From the NCBI GenBank assembly GCA_963774265.1, contig CAVZDU010000006.1, forward strand, positions 288,001-352,000: a stretch of 64,000 nucleotides of DNA, written 5' to 3'. The notes under the pieces are model-generated. The model was not told where the DNA came from. It worked only from the letters and a program-made list of their open reading frames with translations, and searched no databases. Both the position numbers and the translations under genes were made by a program. This stretch comes from an uncultured Chloroflexia bacterium (GTDB taxonomy: Bacteria > Chloroflexota > Anaerolineae > CG2-30-64-16). Below, one piece after another: positions 50,947 to 61,906 of this stretch. Numbering within the stretch: the stretch's first letter is position 1; the number at the start of each line of letters is the position of its first letter.

Positions 50947-53739
50947 ATGAATCTCACCGGCTCACCCCTTGTCCTCACCAAGATGCGCGTGCCGGCGGCG
51001 CGGGCGCGCTTGATCTCCCGCGCGCATCTGGTTGATCTTCTCACTCCAAAGGATGGCGCCAGCTTCGTCCTGGTTTGCGCGCCTGCCGGCTATGGGAAGA
51101 CCACCCTCCTGGCAGAGTGGGCCCAGTCTCTCGTGAAAAACGGGACTGCTGTCGCCTGGGTCGCTCTGGACCCAAGCGATGATGATCCGATTCCCTTTAG
51201 CTCCTATCTCATCGCCAGCTTGATCCATGCTCTCGGTCCCATCCCCGAGCTGACCAGAATCGCCCAGCTCCTGCGCGCCACGCCAGAGATAGACCTGCAG
51301 CGAACCATGCCCGTCGTCATCAACGCCATCGTTTCGAGCGGCCGGGAGTGCGTCCTGATCCTCGACGACTATCACCTGATCGGCTCTCCGGCCATTCACA
51401 CTGCCGTGGGATATCTCCTCGAGCACCTTCCTGGGAACCTGCGCATTGCCATCGGCAGCCGCTCGGACCCGCCGCTGCCCCTTGCTCGCCTGCGTGCGCG
51501 CGGGCAACTGCTCGAGATCCGCACTGCAGGTCTGCGCTTCAAAGCAGATGAAGCAGCCCGGTTTCTGAACGAAGTCATGCAGCTCGGATTATCGCCGGAG
51601 GGGGTCACTGCGTTGGAAGAACGCACCGAAGGCTGGGTTGTCGGGCTGCAACTGGTGGCCCTCTCCCTATCGAGCCGTGCGGATAAAGAGCAGGTGATCG
51701 CTTCCTTCGCCGGCAGCCATCGTTATCTGGTTGAATACCTGATGGAAGAGGTGGTTAATCGCCAGGGGGAAGAGGTACAGTCATTTCTCCTGTCAACATC
51801 CGTCCTCGAGCGCATGTGCGCTCCCCTATGCGATCAAATCCTGGAGAACCGGGGACAAGGGGTCAGGGACTCAACTGACCCCTGCGATTCACAGTCAGTT
51901 TTGGAGCATCTGGAAAAATCCAACCTGTTCCTTGTGCCACTCGACGACGAAGGGATCTGGTATCGCTATCATCATCTGTTTCGCGATTTTTTGCGGGCCA
52001 GGCTGAGCCGGACCCAGGGGGAACGCATCCCCGTGCTGCACCGGGCAGCCTGCGAGTGGCTGGCGGCACACGCATTCTTGCGTGAAGCAGCCTACCATGC
52101 CTTTCAAACCCAAGACTGGGAATATGCGGCGGCCTTCGTCGAACAGCATAGCTTCACCCTGATCGTTCACAGTGATATCTCGACGCTTTATGAATGGTGC
52201 TCGGCTTTTCCTGAGGAGGTGATGCAGAGGCATCCGATGCTCTGCCTTCAGCACGGTTTGGCGTTGGCGTATAGTTTTCGACGGCAGAACCGGGCCAGGG
52301 CTGAAGCGCGGCTGCAGCAGGCCGATCGATTGATTGCTGATCTGGAAGACAGGCAGAGCGTGCGTGAGCTCAACGAGTTTGCCGGGGTTGTCCACACGTT
52401 CATGGCCTTTGCTCCAGATCCCTCTGCTGATCCGAGGGAGCTTCTCGCCCTGGGTCAGCGCATGCTGGGCAACTATGCCGAGGGAGACCCCGCTCAGTTT
52501 ACCGGCCGACTTCTGACCGGCTATGCTTATCTTGCGCTTCACGACGCGCAGGCCGCCGGCAAAACCCTTGAAACAGCCAGGCAGATCGCCCAGCGCGAGC
52601 ACCTGTATTTTGGGATCGTGGAGTCCTCGTTCAACCTGGCCCGCCTCATGCACAACCAGGGGCAGCTCCGCCGCGCGGCGGAGATCTGCCGCCAGGGGCA
52701 GGCAGACATCGCGGCTCTACTGGCCCAACCCGGGCAAGAACTGCCCGCTCTGGGCAGCCTCGACATCGAGCTGGGCTGCGTCTGCCTGGAACAGAATCAA
52801 CTGGATAAGGCCGAACAACGCCTCCACCATGGCCTGAATCTGATGGGCGGGGGGATGAACCCTCATTACCTGATGACGGCGCACATTGCGTTGTTTCGCC
52901 TGTGCGAGATCCAGGGTCGTTCGGCAGAGACACTCAAATACCTCGATCGTCTGGAAGCTGCATGGCCAGATATCGCCTTCTGCACGAACGGGCTGCGAGT
53001 CATGCATTCCTTGAGAAATGCACCGGAGGATCCGGGCACGCTGGCGGAGGCGGCCAATTGGTGCCAAGACTTCTTCTCTTCACGGGGTGAACATACATCC
53101 CCGCCGGGGCTGGGTCCTTTTGGGGCTGCCGAGGCCTATTATCTGGCCGATTTCGCCTGGGCACGCGCCCAAATTGCCCTCGGCGAAGCGAAAGCGGCGA
53201 TGTCTTACCTCGCCCCCCAACTTGATCTGGCAAATGACCACGGACTGACGAACCGGGTGATCGAACTCTCTCTGCTGGAAGCTCAAGCCTGGCTAGCAGA
53301 AGGCGACCATCCACGCGCCTGTGCCGCCCTGGAGCGTGCGCTCATGCTGGCTCAGCCGGAAGGTTATATTCGCATCTTTGACCAGGGGCCAGCCCTGACT
53401 CAACTGCTTGTCGAGGCAGCCCAGCAAGGGAACTTCAGGGAGTATATCGAGCGTATTTTGTCCGCCATTGGCATGCCAGAAGCCCTTCCTCGGGGACAGG
53501 AGGGCACCGGGGCCCGCTCCGCTCAGACATCCTTCGGCGAAAGCCTCAGCGAACGCGAGCTGGAGGTGCTTCGTCTCATCTCCCAGGGGGCTACAAATCG
53601 TGATATTGCCGAGCAGCTTGTAATCACGGAGGGGACGGTTAAAAGTCATACTAACCATATTCTAGGCAAGCTGGATGCCCATAACCGAACTGAGGCCGTC
53701 GCCCGAGCTCGAAAACGGGGCTTGCTGGATACACAATAA
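50947..53739 (+). CDS. MalT-like LuxR-family ATP-dependent transcriptional regulator
   Basis: APAGYGKTT, LILDDYH, RTEGW, YRYHHLF and a C-terminal LSERELEVL HTH. Confidence 0.95.
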   Translation: MNLTGSPLVLTKMRVPAARARLISRAHLVDLLTPKDGASFVLVCAPAGYGKTTLLAEWAQSLVKNGTAVAWVALDPSDDDPIPFSSYLIASLIHALGPIPELTRIAQLLRATPEIDLQRTMPVVINAIVSSGRECVLILDDYHLIGSPAIHTAVGYLLEHLPGNLRIAIGSRSDPPLPLARLRARGQLLEIRTAGLRFKADEAARFLNEVMQLGLSPEGVTALEERTEGWVVGLQLVALSLSSRADKEQVIASFAGSHRYLVEYLMEEVVNRQGEEVQSFLLSTSVLERMCAPLCDQILENRGQGVRDSTDPCDSQSVLEHLEKSNLFLVPLDDEGIWYRYHHLFRDFLRARLSRTQGERIPVLHRAACEWLAAHAFLREAAYHAFQTQDWEYAAAFVEQHSFTLIVHSDISTLYEWCSAFPEEVMQRHPMLCLQHGLALAYSFRRQNRARAEARLQQADRLIADLEDRQSVRELNEFAGVVHTFMAFAPDPSADPRELLALGQRMLGNYAEGDPAQFTGRLLTGYAYLALHDAQAAGKTLETARQIAQREHLYFGIVESSFNLARLMHNQGQLRRAAEICRQGQADIAALLAQPGQELPALGSLDIELGCVCLEQNQLDKAEQRLHHGLNLMGGGMNPHYLMTAHIALFRLCEIQGRSAETLKYLDRLEAAWPDIAFCTNGLRVMHSLRNAPEDPGTLAEAANWCQDFFSSRGEHTSPPGLGPFGAAEAYYLADFAWARAQIALGEAKAAMSYLAPQLDLANDHGLTNRVIELSLLEAQAWLAEGDHPRACAALERALMLAQPEGYIRIFDQGPALTQLLVEAAQQGNFREYIERILSAIGMPEALPRGQEGTGARSAQTSFGESLSERELEVLRLISQGATNRDIAEQLVITEGTVKSHTNHILGKLDAHNRTEAVARARKRGLLDTQ

Positions 53740-53749
53740 CGCAATAACC

Positions 53750-54637
53750 TCAATCATCATATCCTTCAGGGTTTTCTCCATCTGCAAGTATAGCCCTGAA
53801 ATCCGTTAACGACTGAGCAAAGGAGGTGGGGTCAAACGCGTCAAAACTCCGCTCACGAGGGAGCGTAATACTGAGACAGTGCATTGCCATCCGCACGCGC
53901 ATGCGAGATTGAAACGGCTCATCATCTGCGTAACCGACAATTTCTAGAAACCCCCGCCGCAATGGAGGGGGGTAATACCACCAAAGCGTTGCACCGATAT
54001 CAACGGCTGGGTCGTCCAGTGACATAGACTCCAGGTCGATCAGATAGAGTCGCCCGTCAGCCGAGACAAGCCAGTTGGCGTTACAGATATCATTATGCGA
54101 TGCTACCAAACCTGTTCCCAGAGAGCATTGGACTTGTTGGGCCAAATAAGCAAGGCTTTCATCGACGAATTCAGCGACTTCTGGAACGTGTGATTTATAG
54201 TGTTTCCATCTGCGCTGAATGCGGGTTAGCAACTCCAGTCCAACTACGCTGTAGAGGTCGGAGGAGGCTTCGGGGAGAACTCGCTTCACTTCGGGGCTAT
54301 GATGTGTTTTGTGGATCGTGGTAGCGATCTTCTCAAGATTGGTGTGATAATCTTTTCGAGAGGGTTTTCTGCCCGCGATGTAGGGTTGAACGACTACGGA
54401 CGTACCATCTGCCAGATACCCAGCCACCAATACCTGGGGCGTCAAACCGAGCGAGGCCATCGCCTCATATCTTGCTGTTTGCGCTCCCAATTTCACGAAG
54501 TAAGTATGCTCGTTGCCGTGTGCGAAGTAGGTTTCGTTTCCGCTCCCCTTGGGAAACGAAAAATCCCAGTGAGTGCTCCCCAAATGCTTCTGAAGGAAAG
54601 CCTCAACTTCTTGCTGATGGCGTTGTCTATCCTGCAT
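53750..54637 (-). CDS. APH/choline-ethanolamine kinase-family phosphotransferase
   Basis: SHNDICNANW and LIDLE motifs. Confidence 0.8.
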   Translation of the reverse strand: MQDRQRHQQEVEAFLQKHLGSTHWDFSFPKGSGNETYFAHGNEHTYFVKLGAQTARYEAMASLGLTPQVLVAGYLADGTSVVVQPYIAGRKPSRKDYHTNLEKIATTIHKTHHSPEVKRVLPEASSDLYSVVGLELLTRIQRRWKHYKSHVPEVAEFVDESLAYLAQQVQCSLGTGLVASHNDICNANWLVSADGRLYLIDLESMSLDDPAVDIGATLWWYYPPPLRRGFLEIVGYADDEPFQSRMRVRMAMHCLSITLPRERSFDAFDPTSFAQSLTDFRAILADGENPEGYDD

Positions 54638-54643
54638 GGTGAC

Positions 54644-55726
54644 CTAAGTGTCATTCACCGCGTCAAAGCCCGTGGCGATGATGGTGATCCGAATGCTGTC
54701 CTCCATGTTGGGATCAATAACTGCGCCGAACATGATATTGGCGTCTGGGTCCACGACGCGGCTGATGATCTCGGCCGCTTTGTTGACTTCATGGAGAGTC
54801 AGGCCCGGGCCGCCGGTGATGTTGAACAGGAGGCCATGGGCGCCTTCGATGCTCGCGTCCAGCAGCGCGCTATGTATGGCCTGCTCGGCTGCTGCCTCGG
54901 CACGGTTCTCGCCCTCGCCCTGGCCGATGGCCATCAGGCCCGAGCCTCCGTCGACCATCACGGCACGCACATCGGCGAAGTCCAGGTTGACCAGTCCTGG
55001 GATGATGATCAATTCAGAGATACCTTGGATGCCCTGGCGCAGCATGTCGTCGGCCAGTGCGAAGGCCTGCTGGACGCTGGTCTTCTTGTCTATCACGTGA
55101 AGGAGTCGATCGTTGGGGATAACGATCAGGGTGTCCACACACTCTTTGAGGCGTTGGATGCCATCCTCAGCCACACGGCGTCGCCGCGTACCCTCGAAGG
55201 TGAACGGTCTGGTGACTACGCCGACAGTCAATATGCCCCATGCCTTGGCCAGCTCGGCGATCACCGGCGCGGCGCCAGTGCCTGTGCCCCCACCCATGCC
55301 GGCAGTTACGAACACCAGGTCGGTGTCCTTGAGCAGCGCCTTGATGTTTTCGCTCGATTCCTGGGCCGCTTTCTCACCAATCTTCGGGTCGCCGCCCGAG
55401 CTGAGTCCCTTGGTAAGCTTGTCGCCGATGTGCAGTCGCTCGGGTGCATTGGACTGTAGCAGCGCCTGGGCATCGGTGTTGATGGCAATGAGCTTGACCC
55501 CCCGGATACCCTTCTCGATCATCCGATTGACGACGTTTGATCCTGCGCCGCCAACCCCGACCACGGCAATACTTGCGACCTCATCCGCATAATCATGGGT
55601 GATTCTGCGTTGTGAGCCTCGAAATGGACTGGTCGATTCATCCAGCGAGGCCGATGCCTTGATCGATCCCTGCACGCCGCGCTTTGCCGGGGGTCTCTCA
55701 CTTTTTGGTCCACCAGACAGTCCCAT
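54644..55726 (-). CDS. ftsZ: FtsZ-family GTPase (stand-alone paralog lacking the C-terminal tail)
   Basis: [28 protein letters not shown]7 loop NLDFADV; ends [21 protein letters not shown] 7 nt before ATG 55726. Confidence 0.93.
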   Translation of the reverse strand: MGLSGGPKSERPPAKRGVQGSIKASASLDESTSPFRGSQRRITHDYADEVASIAVVGVGGAGSNVVNRMIEKGIRGVKLIAINTDAQALLQSNAPERLHIGDKLTKGLSSGGDPKIGEKAAQESSENIKALLKDTDLVFVTAGMGGGTGTGAAPVIAELAKAWGILTVGVVTRPFTFEGTRRRRVAEDGIQRLKECVDTLIVIPNDRLLHVIDKKTSVQQAFALADDMLRQGIQGISELIIIPGLVNLDFADVRAVMVDGGSGLMAIGQGEGENRAEAAAEQAIHSALLDASIEGAHGLLFNITGGPGLTLHEVNKAAEIISRVVDPDANIMFGAVIDPNMEDSIRITIIATGFDAVNDT

Positions 55727-55950
55727 TGCATATCCTCCTTCACGAGCGGACCGTGTGATACGTCGCCTCTGAATGATGCTGTGAACGCCCAACAAGGGTA
55801 TTATCGCGCAGAGAAGTGCAACTGTGAAGGGGTGCGCTAAATTCGATCGTTCCCGTCCGGCGGCCGATCCCCTGAAGGAGAGGCTGCACAGCGGGGGTGT
55901 GTCTCGGAATGTTGAGCAGAAGTGGTGTCAGCGGCAGTGCTGCCTCCTGA

Positions 55951-56502
55951 TCAATGGTTCAGCGCCTCCATCATATTCACCAGCCTGGTGGTCGTGTTCC
56001 AGTTGCGGATGGTCATGTTCTGATAGATTGGCATGGTGATGATCCGGCTCAGATGGCTTTGGGTTGCTCTACTGATGAGCCTGGATGAGTAAAGCACGCG
56101 GTTCCCGGCAAAGACCTGGTCAACCCCCTCTTTCATGGATACACTTTTCATAGCCTCGGACGAGGTAAGTGGCTCTTTTAGAAAAATGACATCGTAGCGG
56201 TAGGTAGACGGGTCGCTGCCGAAACCCTCTGGCGCTTGCGTGACGATAGCTCTCACTTCCTCATACGACCGCACCACCACTCTTGAATCATAGTTGAAGT
56301 TTTTCGTCAGAGCATCTTCAAGCGAGCTTGTCAACCTGGGCTGGTCTGGCCCGCTCGCTCGAAATATAACATTGCCGCTTTGTATGTAGGTGCGAACTTC
56401 CGTAAAGCCCAACGCTTCGAAAAAAGCCGCCAATTCAGGCATCTTGATCAGATTCTTACCGCCAACATTGATGCCGCGAAGCAGGGCCACATACAGGTTC
56501 AT
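55951..56502 (-). CDS. DUF1697-family protein
   Basis: YVALLRGINVGGKN, TYIQSGN and TIRNWNT motifs. Confidence 0.92.
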   Translation of the reverse strand: MNLYVALLRGINVGGKNLIKMPELAAFFEALGFTEVRTYIQSGNVIFRASGPDQPRLTSSLEDALTKNFNYDSRVVVRSYEEVRAIVTQAPEGFGSDPSTYRYDVIFLKEPLTSSEAMKSVSMKEGVDQVFAGNRVLYSSRLISRATQSHLSRIITMPIYQNMTIRNWNTTTRLVNMMEALNH

Positions 56503-56713
56503 ACGCCCCTCTCCTTCAGAACCTCACAAACCATGATCCATTCTTTAATGCACCAGTCTACAAATAAGCTACAAGCAGTATACACCATTAGAGTCGTAAA
56601 CGTAAGATTCATCCCCGCGACGAGACACGAATGAGGGTATCCTATTGCTCGAACTTGCCAGCGTACGCTGGCAAATGACAAAGAAGGAGAACCGTCAGAA
56701 GGAAGGTTGTTCC

Positions 56714-57055
56714 ATGTACAGCGTCATTCGAGCGGGGGAACTGCCGCCTAATGCTGGAGGCACGGTGAAATTCGAGGGCGAACCCCACGGGTCGGGGGTC
56801 TCGCTCTTCCTTGTCAACAACGAGCCCGGTTCAGGGCCTGATCTGCACAAGCACCCCTACTCCGAGACCTGGGTGGTCCGGGCCGGAAAGGCGCGGATCA
56901 CCGCGGACGGTGCGGGCATCGAGGCCGGTCCCGGCGACATCGTGGTGGTGACCGCGGAGACTCCCCACAAGTTCAAGAACATCGGCGCCGGCCGGCTGGA
57001 GATCATCTGCATCCACTCGGCGTCCCGGATCGTGCAGAAATGGGTCGACGAATGA
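56714..57055 (+). CDS. Cupin-domain protein
   Basis: LHKHPYSETW and PHKF motifs. Confidence 0.88.
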   Translation: MYSVIRAGELPPNAGGTVKFEGEPHGSGVSLFLVNNEPGSGPDLHKHPYSETWVVRAGKARITADGAGIEAGPGDIVVVTAETPHKFKNIGAGRLEIICIHSASRIVQKWVDE

Positions 57056-57151
57056 TATTCAGAGGAGAAACGGGGTGCGAACGTTTCAGGTGAAGGCTGG
57101 AGGTGGCCGCACCTCCAGCCGAGGCCACCTCCAGTTCTATGTGGTAGAAGT

Positions 57152-58112
57152 TCAGCTCTTCACCGCAACCGTCATCTCGTAATAGACCGTCGTAGGTGCG
57201 GCATCAGGAATGCCGACACAGACCGTGTAATCCTGCGTCAACGGCAGAGGCATCATGGCAAAAGAACCCCCCACTTCCATCCGTTTCAAGGGGCTGCCAT
57301 CCGCGCCAACCGCGGAGAAACTGGCGATGTCACCCTGCGACCCCACCGTCACCGTCATGACCTGACCTGCCAGCGCGCGCAAGACGTAGCACTGCCGCTC
57401 CACGCCCGTGACGTTGCCGGTCACGGTCGCCGAGGTGCCGCCGGCCGGGAATCGGATGCGGATGGGCGTCGAACCGCTGCTCACAGGCGGAATTGAAACC
57501 GACAGGTCGTAGGAGTGCGTTCCGGCAGGGGTCGCAACGCAGATCAGATAATCTCCTGTGGCAGGCAGCGTCGCGGTCCAGGTCCGGTCCTCATTCTCCA
57601 GGCGTTTGAGCGGCGTGTTGTCATGAAGCGACGTGATCAGGAAATTGGCTACCTGAGCCGCCGAAGTCACCGCAACGGTCATGTACTGACCGGCCTGCGC
57701 CCTCACGACGTAACAAGACTGGTTGGGCCAAGTCACAGTTCCCCTGACCGTCGTGGCAACCCCTCCGCGGTGGGAAGCTGATACGAACGGGGTTGGTCTG
57801 CGTACCGCCGGCCGGAGCCGGCACACGCAACCGCTGGCCAACGTAGATCCGGTTCGGATTCTGGATGCGATTGAGTTGCATCAACGTGTAGACCGTGGTG
57901 TTGTACCGCCTCGCGATTGACGACAGGGTGTCGCCGGCCCGGACCGTGTAGATAATCGTGTCGCTCTGCTGGTTGGCCGTGACGACCGTGGGCATGGGCG
58001 CAGCTTCAACCCGCTGTGTAGAACCGCCCAGCGCGGGCAGGGCGGTAAGCGCGACGGCGAGCAACAGGCCGAAATAGAACACACGCTTGCTGAACAAAGA
58101 TAATCTCACCAT
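57152..58112 (-). CDS. Secreted LysM protein with two beta-sandwich (PPC/PliG-like) repeats; frameshift near 57770
   Basis: Signal peptide, [23 protein letters not shown], and two repeats RI.FP.GG..TV.G.V..CYV.RA.AGQ.M. Confidence 0.8.
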
Positions 58113-58263
58113 TCCCAGACTCCTGATCTGCCTTTCTTGGCGTTCGGTGCGGCAGTTGCCGGAGAGACCCATCGAGGTCGTTTACTCCAGCCACCTTGTA
58201 TGATGACGTCACAGCGGCTCGATTTGTTTCAGATAGAAATCCGTGTTCAGCAGGAACGACGCC

Positions 58264-58304
58264 CATGGGCACTGCGACGAGCATGGCCCGGTGCAGTGCC
58301 CATG
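58264..58304. terminator. 12-bp stem-loop downstream of the VOC gene
   Basis: CATGGGCACTGC / GCAGTGCCCATG. Confidence 0.5.
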
Positions 58305-58338
58305 CAAAGTCCTTCAGCTATGAGGGACTTGATGCGGA

Positions 58339-59114
58339 TTAGCCCGTCGGGGGCTGGACGATTTTGAACGTTGCGCCGCCTGGATCCATCAGGGCGGCAA
58401 TTCGACCAAATGGCGAATCATCGATGGTGCCCATCACCTTGCCACCGTGCTTGATGACGGTCGCCACTGTTTCGTCAGCGTTGGCTACCGCGAAGTAGGT
58501 GATCCACTGCGGGTGAAACTCGCCCCACGAAGGATCAATCTGCATGATGCCGCCGAGCATCTCTTCTCCATGCTTGAGCACGTAATACTCCATATCCTCC
58601 CGGCATCGGATCGGCGGTGGCGCCAAGCAGTGCCGTGTAGAAATCACGCGCCTGTTTTGCATTCGATGCATACAGCTCGTACCAGGTCGTCGAACCCGGC
58701 TCATCGGTAACCTGTGAGCCCACATGTTGTCCGGCCTGCCAGAAGCCGAACGCTGCGCCGGTGGGGTCTTCACATATCGCCATGCTGCCGAATTCGCCCA
58801 CAACCATGGCCGGAGTACAACACCTTGGCCCCCAGTTTCACGGCATGTGCCACATCGGCCTCTATGTTGTCGGTGGCGAAATACAGATTCCATGCAGCTG
58901 GCATGGGCGGGGCGCCGGGCTGATTGCCCATCATGCCGACCGTCGTTCGCTGTCCCAAGCGAGCGGTTGTATAGCCGCCAAATTCGGGGCCGCCGATATC
59001 GTACTCCCAACCGAACACGGCATGGTAGAACTTGCGCGCCGCGTCGATGTCTGGCGTCATCAGGTCGCTCCAGGTGGGCGTACCGGCTGGTTTTGCGTGT
59101 GAATAGGTGGTCAT
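58339..59114 (-). CDS. Two-domain VOC/glyoxalase protein (frameshifted)
   Basis: GTPTWSDLMTPD..FYHAVFGW, DPTGAAFGFWQ, WITYFAV and DPGGATF motifs. Confidence 0.85.
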
Positions 59115-59267
59115 CACAACTCCTCGGTCCATTCATTCCCAGTCTGACAATCTGGCAGAGAAACAAATATTACACAAGTATAGGCCAGTTGCCTGTAGTG
59201 GCAATTCCGTTGATTCATCGTGCAGCGCTCCCCTCGTGGTATAATCCTCCCGCTCAAGGAGACTCAC

Positions 59268-60725
59268 ATGTTTGACATACCGCCCCTTCCCCGCACCTCC
59301 CCCGAAGCACAGGGCATATCCTCGCCCGCGCTGCTCGACTTCATCGACACGCTGGACAAGACCATCACCGAGATGCACGGCCTCGTGCTCCTACGGCACA
59401 GCCTGGTCGTCGCCGAAGGCTGGTGGGCTCCCTATGGTTCCCAGATTCCGCACATGCTCTTCTCGCTCACCAAGAGCTTCACCTCCACCGCCATTGGCCT
59501 CGCGGTCGCCGAGGGACGCCTGACGGTCGATGACCGGGTCCTCTCGTTCTTCCCAGAGAAAACGCCTAAACGCGTCAGCGAAAATTTGGCGGCGATGCGC
59601 GTGCGCCATCTGTTGAGCATGTCCACCGGCCACAAAAAGGACTCCACCGAGCGCGCGACCTCTCAGAAGGAGGGCGATTGGGTCAAAGGCTTCCTCGCCG
59701 CGCCGGTCGAGCACGCCCCCGGTGCGCCCTTCGTCTACAACAGCGTCGCCAGCCACGTGCTTTCGGCAATCATCGAGAAGGTCACGGGGCAGTCCATCCT
59801 GGACTACCTCACCCCGCGCCTGTTCGAACCGCTCGGCATCCAGCCCGCCTATTGGGATCGCGACCCGCGCGGCATCTGCACGGGCGGCTGGGGGCTGATG
59901 CTCCGCACCGAAGAGATCGCCCGCTTCGGCCAGATGTACCTGCAGAAGGGCGTCTGGAACGGCAAGCGCATCCTGCCCGAGGACTGGGTCAGCGAAGCCA
60001 CCTCCAAACAGGTCGAGAACGGCGCCGACCCCAAGAGTGACTGGAACCAGGGTTACGGCTACCAGTTCTGGCGCTGCCAGCACAACAGCTACCGCGGCGA
60101 CGGCGCCTTCGGGCAGTTCTGCCTCGTCCTCCCCGAGATGGACGCCGTGCTGGCGATCAACAGCGGCGTGCCCGACATGCAGGCGCCGCTGAACATCGTC
60201 TGGGACAAGCTCCTCCCCGCCATGCACCCCGCCGCGCTGCCCGCCGATCCCGCAGCGGAGGCCGCCCTGCACGAACGCCTGTACGGGTTGGACCTCCCCG
60301 CCCCCGCCCCCAAACCGGTTTCGCCGCTGGCCGCCCAGGTGAGTAGCAAGACCTACGATATGGAAGCGAACGAATCTAAGGTCAAAACCGTTCGCTTCGA
60401 CTTCACCCCGCAGGGCGGAAAATTCACCCTGCGGGACCAGGGCAATGACCGCTCCACCGAATTCAACTATACCGGCTACCGCTTCGGCGAGTCGAGCCTT
60501 TTCGCCGAACCTCACCCCGGCGTCAACCCGGAGCGTCCCGTCGCGGCGCACGCCGCCTGGGTCAAACCGGACACCCTGCGTCTGACCCTGCGCCAGTGCA
60601 CCACCCCATTCGTCTTCACCTACGACTTCACCTTTGAGGGCAATACCATTTCCACGGAAGGCCGGGTCAACGTCTACTTTGGCCCCACGCAGTTCCCGGT
60701 GATCAAAGGCAAAGCCAGGGCATGA
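59268..60725 (+). CDS. Serine hydrolase, beta-lactamase class C-like family
   Basis: FSLTKS (SxxK), FVYNS, YGYQFW and RGDGAFGQ motifs. TATAAT at 59240 and an AGGAG RBS. Confidence 0.9.
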   Translation: MFDIPPLPRTSPEAQGISSPALLDFIDTLDKTITEMHGLVLLRHSLVVAEGWWAPYGSQIPHMLFSLTKSFTSTAIGLAVAEGRLTVDDRVLSFFPEKTPKRVSENLAAMRVRHLLSMSTGHKKDSTERATSQKEGDWVKGFLAAPVEHAPGAPFVYNSVASHVLSAIIEKVTGQSILDYLTPRLFEPLGIQPAYWDRDPRGICTGGWGLMLRTEEIARFGQMYLQKGVWNGKRILPEDWVSEATSKQVENGADPKSDWNQGYGYQFWRCQHNSYRGDGAFGQFCLVLPEMDAVLAINSGVPDMQAPLNIVWDKLLPAMHPAALPADPAAEAALHERLYGLDLPAPAPKPVSPLAAQVSSKTYDMEANESKVKTVRFDFTPQGGKFTLRDQGNDRSTEFNYTGYRFGESSLFAEPHPGVNPERPVAAHAAWVKPDTLRLTLRQCTTPFVFTYDFTFEGNTISTEGRVNVYFGPTQFPVIKGKARA

Positions 60726-60940
60726 GCGAACAGCCGGCGGCGCCCGCCTCCCCTGCCCGGATCAGTCCGCTCGGTGCCGACCCGCACCTGCGGGTTCCAG
60801 TGGAGACGCTGGAGTGGATCTGAGAGAAGAGATGACCTTGAGAAGCGTCTGCTGCGGTACTGGCGCACACTGTAACTCGCACGGGCGCCGGGAATGATAG
60901 AGGCCAGGTTCATAATCTTCAGGACATACAAGGAGGTCCC

Positions 60941-61450
60941 ATGAACGCTACTCAGTTTGTTCACCAACAAGTTGCAGAGGCCCGCGGCCTGATCGATGCC
61001 GCCACAGCTGGCCTCACGGATGAGCACTTCAACTGGTTGCCGCCGGGCACGATCAATCCCATCAAAAGCGCCTTGCTGCACGCTGTTGGGGGCGAAGACA
61101 TCTTCGTCCAGTCAATCATACAGGGTCGGCCACCCTTGTGGGACAGCGGCGGGTGGGCCGGCAGGATCGGTCTTGCCCAGGTGCCCGGCGGTGGCCAGGG
61201 CTGGGAAGAAGCCAAGAAGACGGTGCTGGTGCTGGCTCTTGTGTTGGCGTATGCCGAAGCGGTGTGCATCGCCACTAATGAGTACCTGGCACGCCTGACA
61301 GACGACGAGCTTGAAAGGCAGGTGAGTTTCTTCGGCAGAGAAAGCTCCGTCGCTGACGTGCTTGCCCGATTTGTCGCCCATACTGCCGGGCACGCGGGAG
61401 AGATCGCGGCCGTCAAGGGGATGCAGGGGCTGCAGGGTCTACCTTTCTGA
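60941..61450 (+). CDS. DinB-family protein
   Basis: H..G.ED and HTAGHAGEI motifs. RBS AGGAGG. Confidence 0.85.
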   Translation: MNATQFVHQQVAEARGLIDAATAGLTDEHFNWLPPGTINPIKSALLHAVGGEDIFVQSIIQGRPPLWDSGGWAGRIGLAQVPGGGQGWEEAKKTVLVLALVLAYAEAVCIATNEYLARLTDDELERQVSFFGRESSVADVLARFVAHTAGHAGEIAAVKGMQGLQGLPF

Positions 61451-61510
61451 GATCGCCGGCTGGCAGCCTGACAAGATTAGGCTCCAATCTGCAAAATTCC
61501 AACTTTCGTT

Positions 61511-61906
61511 TTAGGTGTCGTGGCTCCTCTTGCAGATATGGCATGGCCGTCCCAACAGAACACCGTGCTTGCACCTGTCCATCCCTGCCGTGGATTTGCG
61601 GGAATCGTGGCGTCGAGTGGGAGAAGTGAGAGGCTGGGCGCCATCACCAAAGTCGGCGATGTGGTCGTCCCGGCTCGGCGTCGATGGACTGGTCGAACTC
61701 GCGGCGCGCTCTGTCTTCTCCTTGGCGATGATCGCGGCCACTTGTTTCGTCGTCAGATCGCTACCCGGGCGTTTTCGGAGAAGCCGGACAATCGCCCCCT
61801 CCGGGACAGGTTCCGGGAAGTATGACTGAACTTCGCGAAAGAACCGCTCGGCTTCCTGTTCGTCCGTGCCCCGCAGATCGGCAATCACCTGCATAGTCGA
61901 AGCCAC
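61511..61906 (-). CDS. Small hypothetical protein with C-terminal CxH..CxxC motif
   Basis: GTG start with GGGAGG RBS; CKHG....PCHIC. Confidence 0.5.
   Translation of the reverse strand: MASTMQVIADLRGTDEQEAERFFREVQSYFPEPVPEGAIVRLLRKRPGSDLTTKQVAAIIAKEKTERAASSTSPSTPSRDDHIADFGDGAQPLTSPTRRHDSRKSTAGMDRCKHGVLLGRPCHICKRSHDT

Noticed and set aside
58113-58260. Possible c-di-AMP or c-di-GMP riboswitch upstream of the LysM gene
   Set aside because: The context is suggestive, but I could not match the consensus motifs by eye. An Rfam cmscan would be needed.
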